From: Paraspadella gotoi
Taxonomy: Eukaryota; Animalia; Chaetognatha
Assembly (NCBI GenBank): GCA_051294375.1
Contig: CM119267.1
Coordinates: 17,769,780 to 17,833,779 of the forward strand
Direction: 5' to 3'
DNA length: 64,000 bases
Shown: in pieces, positions 51,568 to 64,000 of the stretch
How positions within the stretch are numbered: position 1 is the stretch's first letter
Layout: each line of letters opens with the position of its first letter
The notes under the pieces: generated by a model
Databases searched by the model: none
Told to the model about the DNA's origin: nothing
Seen by the model: only the letters and a program-made list of their open reading frames with translations
Made by a program: the position numbers and the translations under genes

Positions 51568-54367
51568 TGTCTTTTTTTGTAGCGAATGAGAATTTTATTT
51601 TCGCTATTTTTATTTTCTTTATAACACAGACTTATGTTTTCTCTTTCCTTTTTTTTTTCGGTTTGATATTTTTTGTCCAATGTTCGAATAGTGGCTGGAT
51701 TTTCTTTTCTTTTCCTTTAATACATTGTAACATTTTTGTCAAGATACTAGCTTTCTTTCTTCTTTTTTACTTCTTTCACCTTTCTATTCCCTGCCACTTC
51801 GTATCCCTCCGCCCCGCAAGTTTATTCAGTCATCCCTACCCTACCCTACCCTTTTTCTCATTCGAAATTTTTTTTCCTTAACTTTTAAACTTCGTTTTTG
51901 TTCATCCATTTTAACTCATTCGAATTCCGTCGTTCGTTTCTTTTCAACTTTAAGTTATATTTTCTTTCTTTATTCTATGTAAATTTTTAATTCATATCTT
52001 TAGTCATTTCGTTGGATTAATTGATCTTATTGTTTTCTTAAATTCCATTCATATTTTCCGGAATAAGCGGTACTGACTACTCTCTGTACGTTAGGCTCTT
52101 AATTGGTCTTTTCTTTCTAGTTATATTTTCCTTTCTCCTTTCCCTTTTTCCTCTTTTCCTCTCTCCCTTCCTTCTTTCCTCATTTCTCTTCCGCTCAATT
52201 CGCGTTCTTCTTTGCTTATCGCCTCCAGGAGGCGACAATTCCCTTTTTTTTCTTTTTCCTTTATTTTCATTTAGTCATCGAGTTTCCTTTCATCTCATCA
52301 TTTTCCCAGCATCGGCGTTTCCCTCTTTTGCCNNNNNNNNNNNNNNNNNNNNNNNNNNNNNNNNNNNNNNNNNNNNNNNNNNNNNNNNNNNNNNNNNNNN
52401 NNNNNNNNNNNNNNNNNNNNNNNNNNNNNNNNNNNNNNNNNNNNNNNNNNNNNNNNNNNNNNNNNNNNNNNNNNNNNNNNNNNNNNNNNNNNNNNNNNNN
52501 NNNNNNNNNNNNNNNNNNNNNNNNNNNNNNNNNNNNNNNNNNNNNNNNNNNNNNNNNNNNNNNNNNNNNNNNNNNNNNNNNNNNNNNNNNNNNNNNNNNN
52601 NNNNNNNNNNNNNNNNNNNNNNNNNNNNNNNNNNNNNNNNNNNNNNNNNNNNNNNNNNNNNNNNNNNNNNNNNNNNNNNNNNNNNNNNNNNNNNNNNNNN
52701 NNNNNNNNNNNNNNNNNNNNNNNNNNNNNNNNNNNNNNNNNNNNNNNNNNNNNNNNNNNNNNNNNNNNNNNNNNNCTCTCTCTCTCTCTCTCTCTCTAAA
52801 TCAATCGATTCTTTGTATCAAATTCATTTTTTCATCAGAAACTAAGCGAACACGTCAGACGTTGCTTTAACCAATTTGTTAATAATATCAGATATCATGA
52901 GAAATACAGTTTTGAAATATGACGAGAGGCCAGCGTTCTTGCTATATTCAGATTTTGATATAGAATTTGTTCGTATCAAATTTTGATCAAACTAGCTCAC
53001 GACCCAAAAATGGCGTATGGCAATGGCTTATACTAATGCACTATCGAAACCGTATGCTCCTGGTTTAATCCAGCGATGTCCCACTTAGTTTAAAAAGCGA
53101 TAAGGTTCTTGTATAACTACGACAGAGGTGGGAGGCGACTAATGAGGGTCTGAATCCCTAAATGCCATCTGATAAAATGCCCCGGGTCCGAGCTAATCAC
53201 TTTTTTAAACAAGTAAATAGGACGAAACCTTTTCAGTTTTATTTAGGTTTGACTCTCATGCATGTCATTCTCTCTCTAGCATTTTCTCCTTTTTCTTCTT
53301 TTTCTTCTTTTTCTTCCTTTTTCATCTTCATTTGCGTCTCCTCGTTCAACTTTTCCATTTCAATTTCCTTTTTCCCTTTTCGCTTCTCCTTCAAATCGAC
53401 CTTCCACATTCCCCGTCCATTTTTTACCATTTCGCTCTTCCCTGTCTACCCTTTTCCCCTCTGCTTTTTCTTCTTTCTTTCCCCCTTTTCTTTCCATATT
53501 CCAATAGAATTTCATATTCTTTTTTTTTTTTCATTTTTGCTTCTGTTTCTCTGTCCCTTTTTTTCTCCCATTCTCCTGATTCTTTATTTTTATTTTTTCT
53601 TCAAATTACTCCATTTCCTCCATTATTTTTTTTCTCTCCAATATCTCGACGAAAAGAGAGAGAAAATAATTTTTTTAAGTTTTTTCTTTCTTTTTCTTTT
53701 TATTTTCGTCGGCGAATCTCCGTTAAGCATTCAAATCCAATGATTTTACAGTTATAGCAATGGGCGACTGGCGTTGCAGGTCGTAGCAAAGTGTTGAAGG
53801 GCGTTGCAAGGCCTACCAGAGAGTAACAGGGTGAGACAAGATGCAGCATATCTTCCTAGATGTGTGAAATAGAGCCGCGTAATAGAGCATCGCTTCTAGA
53901 TCACTACTACAGACAAACCCATCGACTTACCCTATGGAAGGAAGGTGAGTTAAAGCGACTTCGACGCGAATATCGATTCTCCTTGAAAAATAAACTTTTT
54001 TTTTCTCAATTCCCCCTCTAACCCCCCTTTGTTTCTCCTTCTCTCTCTTTCGATCGCTCATTAACTTCTTCTTTTTTTTTGTTCTTATNNNNNNNNNNNN
54101 NNNNNNNNNNNNNTCGTTTAGCAAAACACGCAACGCATGCGCAACACCAGAGATGCAATTTTTTTTTCTTTCAGATTTTTGACGCTTGGTGACTGGGGGG
54201 AAGGGGCGTGTTAGGGGGGAGAGGGAAGGGTGGCGGATTATAAATGGGGGGATTTCGAGGGTGAATTGGTTAAGGGAGGTGGATTGGGATTTTAAAGAGA
54301 GGCGAGAGGAGTAAGGAATTTTCCTCCTCATAAAGTGAGTCTAGGCAGCTGTCTCTCTCTTCTCTCT

Positions 54368-54417
<50 letters not shown>

Positions 54418-55695
54418 ATTCTCCCTCGCACATCTAAATCTTTCTCAAGTTTTTCTTCTTTTTTTTTTTTTTGCTAAGAAAAAAAAAATTCTTGGGTTCG
54501 AGGTTTCGCGCCTGGGCACTTAAGTTGCGGCCGCCCGCCAGAAGGCTAAACGAGGTGTTTGTGCATCTTCACAATGCAGAACAGGTGCTATCGAGCGGAG
54601 CGAGAGAGAGGATGAAGAGAGAGGAGAGAAGAGAGGAGAGAGAGAGAGAGAGAAGGAGTGAGAGAGAGAGAGAGAACAAGAGAGAGAAGACGAGAGCGAG
54701 GGGGGGAGGGAGGGAGTAGAGATGCGGGCAGGGAAGAAGAGAGCAATATCTTCGCCCTTTAATCCTTAGGAGAACCGAGAACCGCATCAACTGCGACATA
54801 AACAACAACAGACCGTGTCTTCAAGTTCGTTGAAAAATACAAATGGGCATTTTTTTAACCTTGGAAATTTTCCCTTTTTTTTTTGTTTGTATTTTTTTGA
54901 GTTTTCGCCCAATTTATTTTACATTGTTCTTTTTATTGTTAACGCTCTTTCTCCTCATGTCACCGCTTCTAACGTGCTACGCTAAATTGCCCAAAAAACG
55001 TATCCAAAACTATTTTTAAAACTTAATAAACATCAAGTCGCTCCTCAGAAAAATCCATTCGATCTCTGTGTTCATATTCAGCATTACTGTATCGCTACGG
55101 AAGCTAATGCACTTCCATAATCTCTCCGTTGTACAAATCGGGGATCAAGAAGCGGACGAGATCGTAAAACCTCTCGCGCCGTCTCCCTTCACCTCGTCCT
55201 CATTTGCATATTGTGGTGATTTTAGTCTGAAGAGCAAGGGAGGACGACGACGACGACGACGACGCTCACGTGTAGAAAACGACGACGATAATCTACTTTA
55301 ACTCATTCTTTTTTTCAGTACTGTTGTTTTTTACCTTCTGCGCAATTTGGTTGTTTTTTTTAATGTTTCTCTCGTGCGTAATATCTCTCCCTCTCTCTCT
55401 TTCTCCTCGTCTCTCTCCACCTCTCCCACTTTTTTCGGGCCAAGCCAAGTCCGCTAAGCATTAATCAACGTAATCCGTCTTTGGAACCCGGAGATGTTGG
55501 CTGTGAAAAAGGAAGGTTATTGTAACATAGAAAGTAGTAAGTTCCCCTATTCTCCCATAGAGAGAGAAAAAGAGGGAAAAAAGCAGAACCCGCGTCTTGT
55601 TAATCTAATTCGTTAATCACGACTGAACTTTCTTATGGACGCCCAGTCGTGACCCAAATGAGACGCTTGACTCACTCACAAACTTTCTTCTCTCT

Positions 55696-55767
<72 letters not shown>

Positions 55768-56601
55768 GTACTCTCTCTCTCCATTACTCCGGATCTGGAT
55801 GGTTGGGCCGATACCATCGACAAGCAACGACAACAACAACAACATCGGCGCTGAATTGAGCGAACAACAACATAATTGTCACCTTCACTCGGCCAACCGG
55901 ACAGTTTATGACGTCGGGGTTCGATTGAAACTGGAAACAATGAGATCGGATACGCGACGACGACGACAAAGACGACGACGACAAAGACGACGACGACGAA
56001 GCTCTGCTGATAACACGACTGCAGCTAGAGAAAAAATCTAATTCGAAAAACAATGAATTATCCATTTGGCGTAAGACAATAGTGGCTATCTAAAAATCGA
56101 AAATCTTTTTCTCAATCAGAACTTTTAAGAATAATTTTAAAACCGTTTTGGACAAATTTTAATTTATTAACGAATACATGTTTAAGCTTAGCAAAAGAAC
56201 TCTAAAAATGCTTTACAAGCTTTGACTAATGTTATCGATTACTGCCAAGTATTCCTTAGTACTTTCCACACTTTTTATGTGGTTTCGTAATGTTAAAATT
56301 TTTTTTTCACATAAGATAGCCGATTGCTCATTGCGAATGTCTTCAAAGATGTTTAATTTTCTGATCTTTTAATACTCAAATTCTGAGTTGCCGATTTCTC
56401 TTGGCTGTTCACAAAATCGTGTAAATAGAAAAGCAAAAAAAATTTGGTGTGAATATAATGATTGGGAAGACTAAAAACTTGTTACATTTTCAGACATTTG
56501 CTACATAAATTCTATACTTGTAATTATCGTTAGCATTTTTTTTTTTTTTTTTTTTTTATGCATTTTGGACCGGCATGATCTTAAAGGTTCCTCTTTAATC
56601 T

Positions 56602-57418
56602 TCATCCATCTAATTTTGCGAGTTCCAATAACTTTTTCAGATCTCTCGACATTATTCTATCCCTTTTCCTTTGCTGGTTTTTATCCGCCGAAGTGTCGGA
56701 GGTTGGAGCGGGAGTCTTCTCGCCATTGTCTTTTTCCGGTTTTGAACTTATTATTAAAATTAAAAGTAAAATTTTTAAAAAAATACTTTTTAGTAAATTC
56801 GCATATTTTGGCCTCGGCGGGATTGTCTTCAATGTTTAGAATTATACGGAGTTTTGTTTGTCATTTGACTTTATCTTACATGCCATCAGTGTAATCTTTG
56901 TCAGAATTGGTTGTGATAATCTGTCATTCTTAGTATATTTGTTTATTAAATAAAAAAGGACAAAATACTTACTGCGTGATATGGCTCTTCCAATCCTCAT
57001 TATTTGGTCTGTTCCAATTCCCAATAGTTGGGCTCTTCGTCCCCGAATTTTCTTCAGTTTCATCCGTTTCGTCTTCTCTGAAATTTTATTTCTCTTGTCA
57101 TATTTTTTTCTGACTCTGTTAATAAGACGCGAGACTTACCCTTGTCCAGTAGTCGTTTCCTCCCCTTCCAGCAATCCGATTATTTTTTCCAAATTTTCGT
57201 TTATTTTTCTCATTTCCGCCAGTTCCTCCGACTTCGTTTCCTTTAAAATTATGAATAAAAAAATATGAAAATATAAAAAAATACCCCAAAATACGCTTCA
57301 AAAATAAATACAAGGTTTTTTTTTATACGGTATACACTTTCCCTTTTAGAAATAAACCGACCTCGGCGAAGAGGGGACTTGAAAGTCCGATCAAAACTGC
57401 GAAGAGAAGACAGCGCAT
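56602..57418 (-). CDS. Spliced gene for an unrecognised small secreted protein (about 162 aa model), candidate peptide-hormone/neuropeptide precursor
   Basis: Exons 57418-57362 MRCLLFAVLIGLSSPLFAE (signal-peptide-like; |gtcggt), 57240-57140 ETKSEELAEMRKINENLEKIIGLLEGEETTTGQ (aag|...|gtaagt) and 57077-56973 GEDETDETEENSGTKSPTIGNWNRPNNEDWKSHIT (tttcag|...|gtaagt) join in frame over 121- and 62-bp introns. Less certain exons 56920-56880, 56826-56787 and 56746-56602 (introns 52, 53, 40 bp) also keep frame and end ...QQRKRDRIMSRDLKKLLELAKLDG*. ATTAAA follows the stop. Confidence 0.65.
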
Positions 57419-57581
57419 CTTTTCTATCGGTGGCGAATTGATTAGCGTAGAAGAAGGAGTGAGAGTCTTTAAGTTCAAAACGGTTGGCGAATGAAAGCGC
57501 GTCTAGAGACACGAGCTTTTTAAAGGGTTGACGAGGGAGTCGAGAGCGGCGTGGGTCCCGAGAGAACATGAAGACCCCCTT

Positions 57582-57605
57582 GAGGGTGCCCTCGAGGACA
57601 CCCTC
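57582..57605. promoter_or_regulatory. 24-bp GC-rich near-perfect palindrome upstream of the secreted-protein gene
   Basis: gagggtgccc-tcga-ggacaccctc (one mismatched pair), about 165 bp 5' of the ATG at 57418; TATATAA on the minus strand at 57640-57634. Confidence 0.35.
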
Positions 57606-58141
57606 GACTATAATTATCTTAGATTATTGTATATTATATAATGTTGGTTCTCGCAGCGAGGTATTATATTAGCGATCACCGTGAAAGCAGGAGGTTAAGA
57701 TATTTGAAAATAAAAACGAATTACGAACAGTTATTATATGCAGCTTATGTTAGGTAATACCTTACACTAAGCGTTGAATAAAAAACTTTTTAAGGTATTA
57801 AAAGCCAACTCAGTCCCTTTAAATGCCCACATATAATGTCCGATCAACACAGCACCAGTCTGCCGGTTCAATGTAACGGGTTTGATTAATTACAAAAACT
57901 ATATTTCGTATTATTTCCGACGAAACCCGACGTAGTCATTGTTAACATTCATCTTTTACCGACGTCGATGATTTTTTACGCAAGTCGGAACCGGTTTCTT
58001 GCTTTGTCTGTTCTGGCGGCTGATCGCCCGGGACGCACAAGCCGGGAAGCCAGAATGCATTCTGTAATGTTTATTACGCGTAACCTTGCGTTTAATTTGG
58101 AAAAGCCCATTGCCCAGAGTCGATAGGGACTTTTTATGAAC

Positions 58142-58541
58142 ACTGTACTAAAAAGACAAAAAATATCACTATCAAAATAAAAATCATTAAATTCTACGCT
58201 GATTCTAATGTGGCATGGATTCCACGACTTTACGAGGTCAAAAGTTCAAGAACATATCTCATTGTTAGTTCTTTAAGCGTCATCACAATCACCGGGAGTA
58301 TAATTTAAAAAAAAAAGATTTTGCCAGAAATTTCGACATATATTTTCTATGTCATTATCAGTGGAAATAAATAACAGAGAAAAAACATTTTTATAAATAA
58401 CAATTCACAAATTCCGATTCATCCCTAAATTTCTGAATTTTATAAAAATGTTTTTTCTCTGTTATTTCTTTTCCACTGATGATGACATAAAAAATATATG
58501 TCGAAATATCAATATCAAAAACTTTTTATTTTTAGCACAGT
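58142..58541. mobile_element. Palindromic MITE-like element with a long internal hairpin
   Basis: Inverted arms of about 68 bp at 58330-58397 / 58439-58507 with few mismatches; outer inverted pair actgtactaaaaa (58142-58154) / tttttagcacagt (58529-58541). No clear TSD. Confidence 0.6.
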
Positions 58542-58920
58542 AAAACTCATAAATTTTTCAATAATTAAATATCTTATAGTTTTTTTTCGCATCTATAAAA
58601 ATTTAAGTCGCGAACCAAATTCCAAATTTCCAATTATTTTCCGGGATTTACGTCTTCTTATCTCTTTTGAGGGTTATATGGGTAATTCCAATAATTTTAA
58701 TCCCGGTACTGATGCTTTTCTGTTTTTGTCCTTGAGTTTTAATAATAATTTTTATAATTCCGATAATTTAAAAACATTTTTTGCCCGGCGATCATTCAGG
58801 CGTCTTTTTTTTATCGTTGTCTTTTTTTGTTCCGCGGCGAAATAAAAAAGAGAATTGGCCGGAAGTGAATGTCGTCTTCTTTTCATTATTGAATCGTGCA
58901 GAGATCTTTTTCTTCATAAA

Positions 58921-58979
<59 letters not shown>

Positions 58980-59020
58980 ATATTATAAATATATTATTAT
59001 ATATATATATATATATATAT
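58921..59020. repeat. (AT)n microsatellite
   Basis: Directly visible; the only long (AT)n tract in the window. Confidence 0.95.
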
Positions 59021-59289
59021 CTCCTATATCTCCATCGATGAGGATAGATTTTTTATTCTCGTGCAAATGGGGAAAGCAATTTGAGAGATTGTATGTCTGA
59101 GGAGACAATTTAACCTTACCATTTAACCTAAAGTCGTCAATTTGACGTTGCAAAGGATTTTTAACTTTTTGCATATCTTCGAAAATTCGTTATTGTACAA
59201 TGTTTGACAGTTTACGAATTTATTAAAGTAATTTTATTAGGACGATTCCCCATTATAGCATATCCTTTTTAAATCTCTCTCTCTCTCTC

Positions 59290-59342
<53 letters not shown>

Positions 59343-59647
59343 CTCACTCTCTCTCTTTGCCGTTATCGCTCTCCTTTCCTTTGCTTTTATGCACGATTTA
59401 AAAAATATTCTTATTTTTGATTGTTTTTATTTTTCCTGAATTTGTTTCAAACCCATCCTTTAAACTTCTGAGAAAACTAAATATTATTATTAACGACTAT
59501 AAAATTTATTTTTTTTTATCTAAATTTATTCTGAGTTTAAATACTTTTCGAGTCCGTTCATTTTTTATTTCTCTTTCATCAGAAATATTTTCCCGTAAAA
59601 ATTGATATTCAGTTCTCTTTCTGTCGGCACAAGTGCGCATCTTCTCT

Positions 59648-59732
<85 letters not shown>

Positions 59733-59896
59733 CGTTATTTCTTTCCTTCACCCACCCACGGGGCATGAGGATATTTCGGCTTCCAATTTCACGAGATACA
59801 GAGCGAAACCATAAATAACGATTCTCTTTTGATTTTCTACCTCATTTCCTTTTCCGTTCCTTTTTATTTCGCCGTTTCCCTCTCTCTCTCTCTCTC

Positions 59897-59959
<63 letters not shown>

Positions 59960-62900
59960 TCTCTGTTTCCAGTATTGGCTTATCATCTCCGCCTTCGTCA
60001 TTAAGTCGTATGGAATAAACGTTCAATCACCCTTTGAAAGCTTCGTTCCAAATTCTGTGCGTCATAAATACCGAGTAAGATAATTATCGATTTATTGATT
60101 ATTTAACAAGAATATAGTTCTTACACTTTATATTGTGAATCAAAAAAACTTTTCACATTTTTTTTTTGGGTCCTACCTTGAAGTTCAAACGCGAAATTTT
60201 CATAATCTTAAAAAAAGGCAGTTGCTTTTTTAGGCAAGTTGCTTTTAAATTTTTCTCTCTTTTCTCGCTTTTTGCCTTTTTTTTACCCATTTTTTTTCAG
60301 ATCTTTTCCAGTCGACGAAAACCATCTTTTTCTTTTCACCTTTCCTCCCTGACCGATTTTCTTCGTTTTCATCTTATTTTTTTTTCTCATCTTTTTCTTC
60401 TCATTTTTCATCTTTTTCTTATTCAGTCTCAGATTTTCCTCCCATTTTTGACTCCATTTTCTCCCCTCCACTTTTCCTTCACAATTCTCCTTCGACCGTT
60501 TACTTTTTTAATTTGTCCTCTCACTATTTGAAAGTTACAAAATTACTTACAAAATTACTGATTGGAAAGATAATTTTTATAACTTTCAAAAATGTTAACA
60601 ACGATGAATACCCAATATATTTTAAGANNNNNNNNNNNNNNNNNNNNNNNNNNNNNNNNNNNNNNNNNNNNNNNNNNNNNNNNNNNNNNNNNNNNNNNNN
60701 NNNNNNNNNNNNNNNNNNNNNNNNNNNNNNNNNNNNNNNNNNNNNNNNNNNNNNNNNNNNNNNNNNNNNNNNNNNNNNNNNNNNNNNNNNNNNNNNNNNN
60801 NNNNNNNNNNNNNNNNNNNNNNNNNNNNNNNNNNNNNNNNNNNNNNNNNNNNNNNNNNNNNNNNNNNNNNNNNNNNNNNNNNNNNGCTACGTTTGCCTCA
60901 ATCATTTCATTCTTTCAACTTTTTTTCTTCGCATTACTTTTTTTTTTCCAACCTTTTTCTCCCATTTCTTTTTGTATTTATTCCCTAATTTTGTTTCGTT
61001 CTTTTTTCTCGATTGCGTCACAAATCGGCTATGGTCTCGAGATAATTCCACAATCTTTAAACCATGGAAAACAATATCCACTTTTAATTTCTCGATTGAA
61101 TTTTTTAATTTTTGTTTCATAAAGAAACAAGAAAAAACTAATTGGCGACACTTCAAGTCGTTTAGTTGCCATTATAGTTAAAAATTCTAATTATCACAAG
61201 CCCTAAAATTTTTCATCATTTACAGAATCTCATTTTGAGGCGCGCGAATAACTTTTTTTTTTCCTCAGACACCTGTTACCTCTTTTCAAATTTTCCAACG
61301 CGATTTGGCGCGAAGTCGTTTCGAGTCGTCAGAGTAATTTAGGCTAAACCTTCCTGCTTTTTCGGCGCCATCTTTGTTTCGCGCTCATTTGGTCTGAAGG
61401 ATTCCGTGGCGCACCTTGGCGCCGAGTCTTCGTTTGACTTTGAGCAAAGTATGTATGAATTTTTCAACCTGTATTTGAAGCATTATTTATTACGAAATAT
61501 TTGAATCATTGCAACCCTTGCACTACACTAATTAAACCTGGGTGATGCAAAAAAAAATTGTGAAGTTGGTGAAATTTTTGACTAAATTTTATTCCATTAT
61601 CGAATTGAATCTCCGTTAGTTACGGAGTTTTAGAAAGTTTGTCAGGCTGGAAAATCTCGGTACCTGAACGCGGAATCTCTCTCTCTCTCTCCCTCTTCCT
61701 TTCTCATTCTCCAGTCTCTCTCTTTTCTCTCTCTTCTCTCTCTCTCTCCGTTCTCTCTCTTTCTATGTCCCATCCCTGGGAAATCAGATTTTGCTTTGTC
61801 AAATCCTTCCCGGACTGACGTGACCGGCTGGAGGAGAGTTTTGCAGTATTTTTTGACCGATCTATTTGGTTCATTTTGGAACAAATGCCTTTACTTTATT
61901 CACTGATTGTTTACATTTTCCGGGTTCAGACCACCTAATAAATTCACAAAGTATGAACGTCTCGGTATTTCACCGTCCTCTCTCTTCCAATATCGTCTCT
62001 TCCTCTCTGTCATCCACGTCTCCCTCTATTTTGCTCCAGTTCAACGTTTTTGTTTTCTTTTTCCTCTCATAGAGGGTTGAAAATTAAGCCCTTTCATTTT
62101 AAATGATAAGAGATGTGAAGATGGATAGTGCTTTATCACGAACGGGTACGTAAGAGCGAAGGGGAGGGGGGAATAGAATCTAATGGGAGAATTCATATGA
62201 CTTGGGGGGGCGTTATTATTATTGGGATAATAATTTTTTCTGGTTTTTTCGCCTATCAAATCTTGCACAAAAGTGTGATACACAGATGGGAGGAATTCCC
62301 GGGATATGGGGGAAGGAAGGCTGGGCGGGTAAGGTGACTCTTCTTTTCACCATCGTAAAATGCTCTTGATTTAAATTTAATACAATCATTCAATGTTCGC
62401 TGGTTATCAACTTTAATTTTTGCAATCAACTTGTTTCCCTCATACATCCCCCTTATCCAAATCTAACCAAACAGGCCTTTTATAAAAATCCATCCTTCTC
62501 CGTCCCATCGCACCGTTTAATTAAATCTATCCTGTCTCTGTCCTATCTTTTAATTATCTTATCCTTCCTCCTTGTCTATCCACACTTTAATAAAGTCCTT
62601 ATTCTATCTCTCGTCCATTNNNNNNNNNNNNNNNNNNNNNNNNNGATTGAAATTAGCCTTTCAATTTTAAATCGATAAGATGTGTGAAATGATGATAAAT
62701 GTTTCACTCGCCGACTGCAGGTGAAATAAAGAAACTTGATTAACTAATCACTCAATTTTAATCAAAAGGTAAAAGGAAAGCTGACTGAGCAAAACTGTCT
62801 CGCACAGTCAACGAGAATAATTGAATTAATAATTAGGTATTGTTAGAAAAATATATCTTGAATAACATTCCGGTTATTTTCTAGGCTGTTAAGATATTAA

Positions 62901-64000
62901 TTCTTAACATGTAACTATTACAACTTTTTTTAAAAATTATCATAACATAATTCATTAATAATGGTATCCTTCTGTATAAAAATTATGATTAGCTTTTTAT
63001 TCTTGTAGGTTAAACTGTAGTATGTTCCCATTCCCGACACATCAGCGCCATATTTGTCAAAAAAAGGAAAGATAGAGACAGACAAAGCGAGAGAGAGAGA
63101 CACCAAACAGTGTCTCGTTTTTTGGAGAAAAAAAAATACAGAGTCCATCTTCTCTTCAACTTCTACCATTTTTTCCACTTTATTGAATTTTATCAACTGA
63201 AAATGACAGAGAGAGAGAGAGANNNNNNNNNNNNNNNNNNNNNNNNNNNNNNNNNNNNNNNNNNNNNNNNNNNNNNNNNNNNNNNNNNNNNNNNNNNNNN
63301 NNNNNNNNNNNNNNNNNNNNNNNNNNNNNNNNNNNNNNNNNNNNNNNNNNNNNNNNNNNNNNNNNNNNNNNNNNNNNNNNNNNNNNNNNNNNNNNNNNNN
63401 NNNNNNNNNNNNNNNNNGAAACAAGGGACTAATGAGTTTGGGTGAGTTTTTGGGTGAGTTTATTGGGGGGGAAGTCAGGGTGAGGTGGGCGTTTTAGAAA
63501 GGGGAGAAAGAAAGATAAAAAGAAAGAAAGATAAAAAGAAAGAAGAGTCGGGGGTTCGTCGCAGCGACAGGACGAAATCCGTCGTCATCGGGCAATTAAT
63601 CTTAATATCTGCGTTTGGTAGTATGTTAATTGTTGAGAAATTCGTTGATTAAAGATGTTTTAAGGATTCTAATCGTAATAATGTTATGATTATAGTAACT
63701 TGCCCTCTGTAAAAAAAAATTTTTGGAAAAGGCTCCGCTCGTTGCGGCAAATGTATAATTACAAATCTTGTATATACATTTTGTGTCATTTTGGAGATTA
63801 ATTAATATTAAGCTCTCGGATTGCATATTTCTCTGTTTCGTATCTTGCTCGAATTTCATTACACCGTTATATCCAAAATGTATCGGTCTATTCATTTTTC
63901 TTGACCTTTTGTCCATTCGAGATGACCGGGCGAGAAATTGATGAATCTCTCACTTCTCCTCTCTCTCTCTCTCCTCATCTCGGCTTCTCTCCCCTCGTCG

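Noticed and set aside
57249-57569. 106-aa minus-strand ORF MFSRDPRR...
   Set aside because: It runs into T-rich intron-like sequence; the frame starting at ATG 57418 gives a signal peptide and splices in frame, which explains the region better.
62075-62710. 65-bp repeat at about 62075-62140 and 62645-62710
   Set aside because: The second copy begins right after a 25-N gap and differs by indels, consistent with a gap-fill overlap rather than biology.

Overview
Eukaryotic, most likely invertebrate, draft-genome scaffold; nothing prokaryotic was found (no operons, rRNA, intact tRNA or CRISPR). The window is AT-rich, shows no obvious CpG depletion, and is saturated with (GA/CT)n, (GAC)n, (GAT)n, (ATT)n and (GAAA)n microsatellites, so nearly all ORFs in the supplied track are translated repeats. 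It has many N gaps, seven of exactly 25 N. Several are flanked by indel-ridden duplicates, which points to long-read gap-filling artefacts; this includes a 2.4-kb inverted duplication (37.2-39.6 kb vs 42.9-45.2 kb). Two spliced genes that the ORF track misses can be read by hand. (1) A frameshift-ridden, short-intron multi-SH3 adaptor gene (+ strand, about 21.5-24.0 kb; CIN85/CD2AP/cindr-like third SH3 followed by Pro-rich exons). (2) A compact minus-strand gene (57418 to about 56602) for an unrecognised secreted protein: signal peptide, acidic spacer and, in the less certain 3' exons, an RKR site before a Gly-terminated C-terminal peptide, making it a candidate peptide-hormone precursor. Mobile DNA: three Helentron-associated (DINE-1/HINE-like) elements, a foldback MITE with an 8-bp TSD, a second palindromic MITE, and weaker LINE, gag and tRNA-SINE remnants. 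All calls are by eye; no database searches were run.
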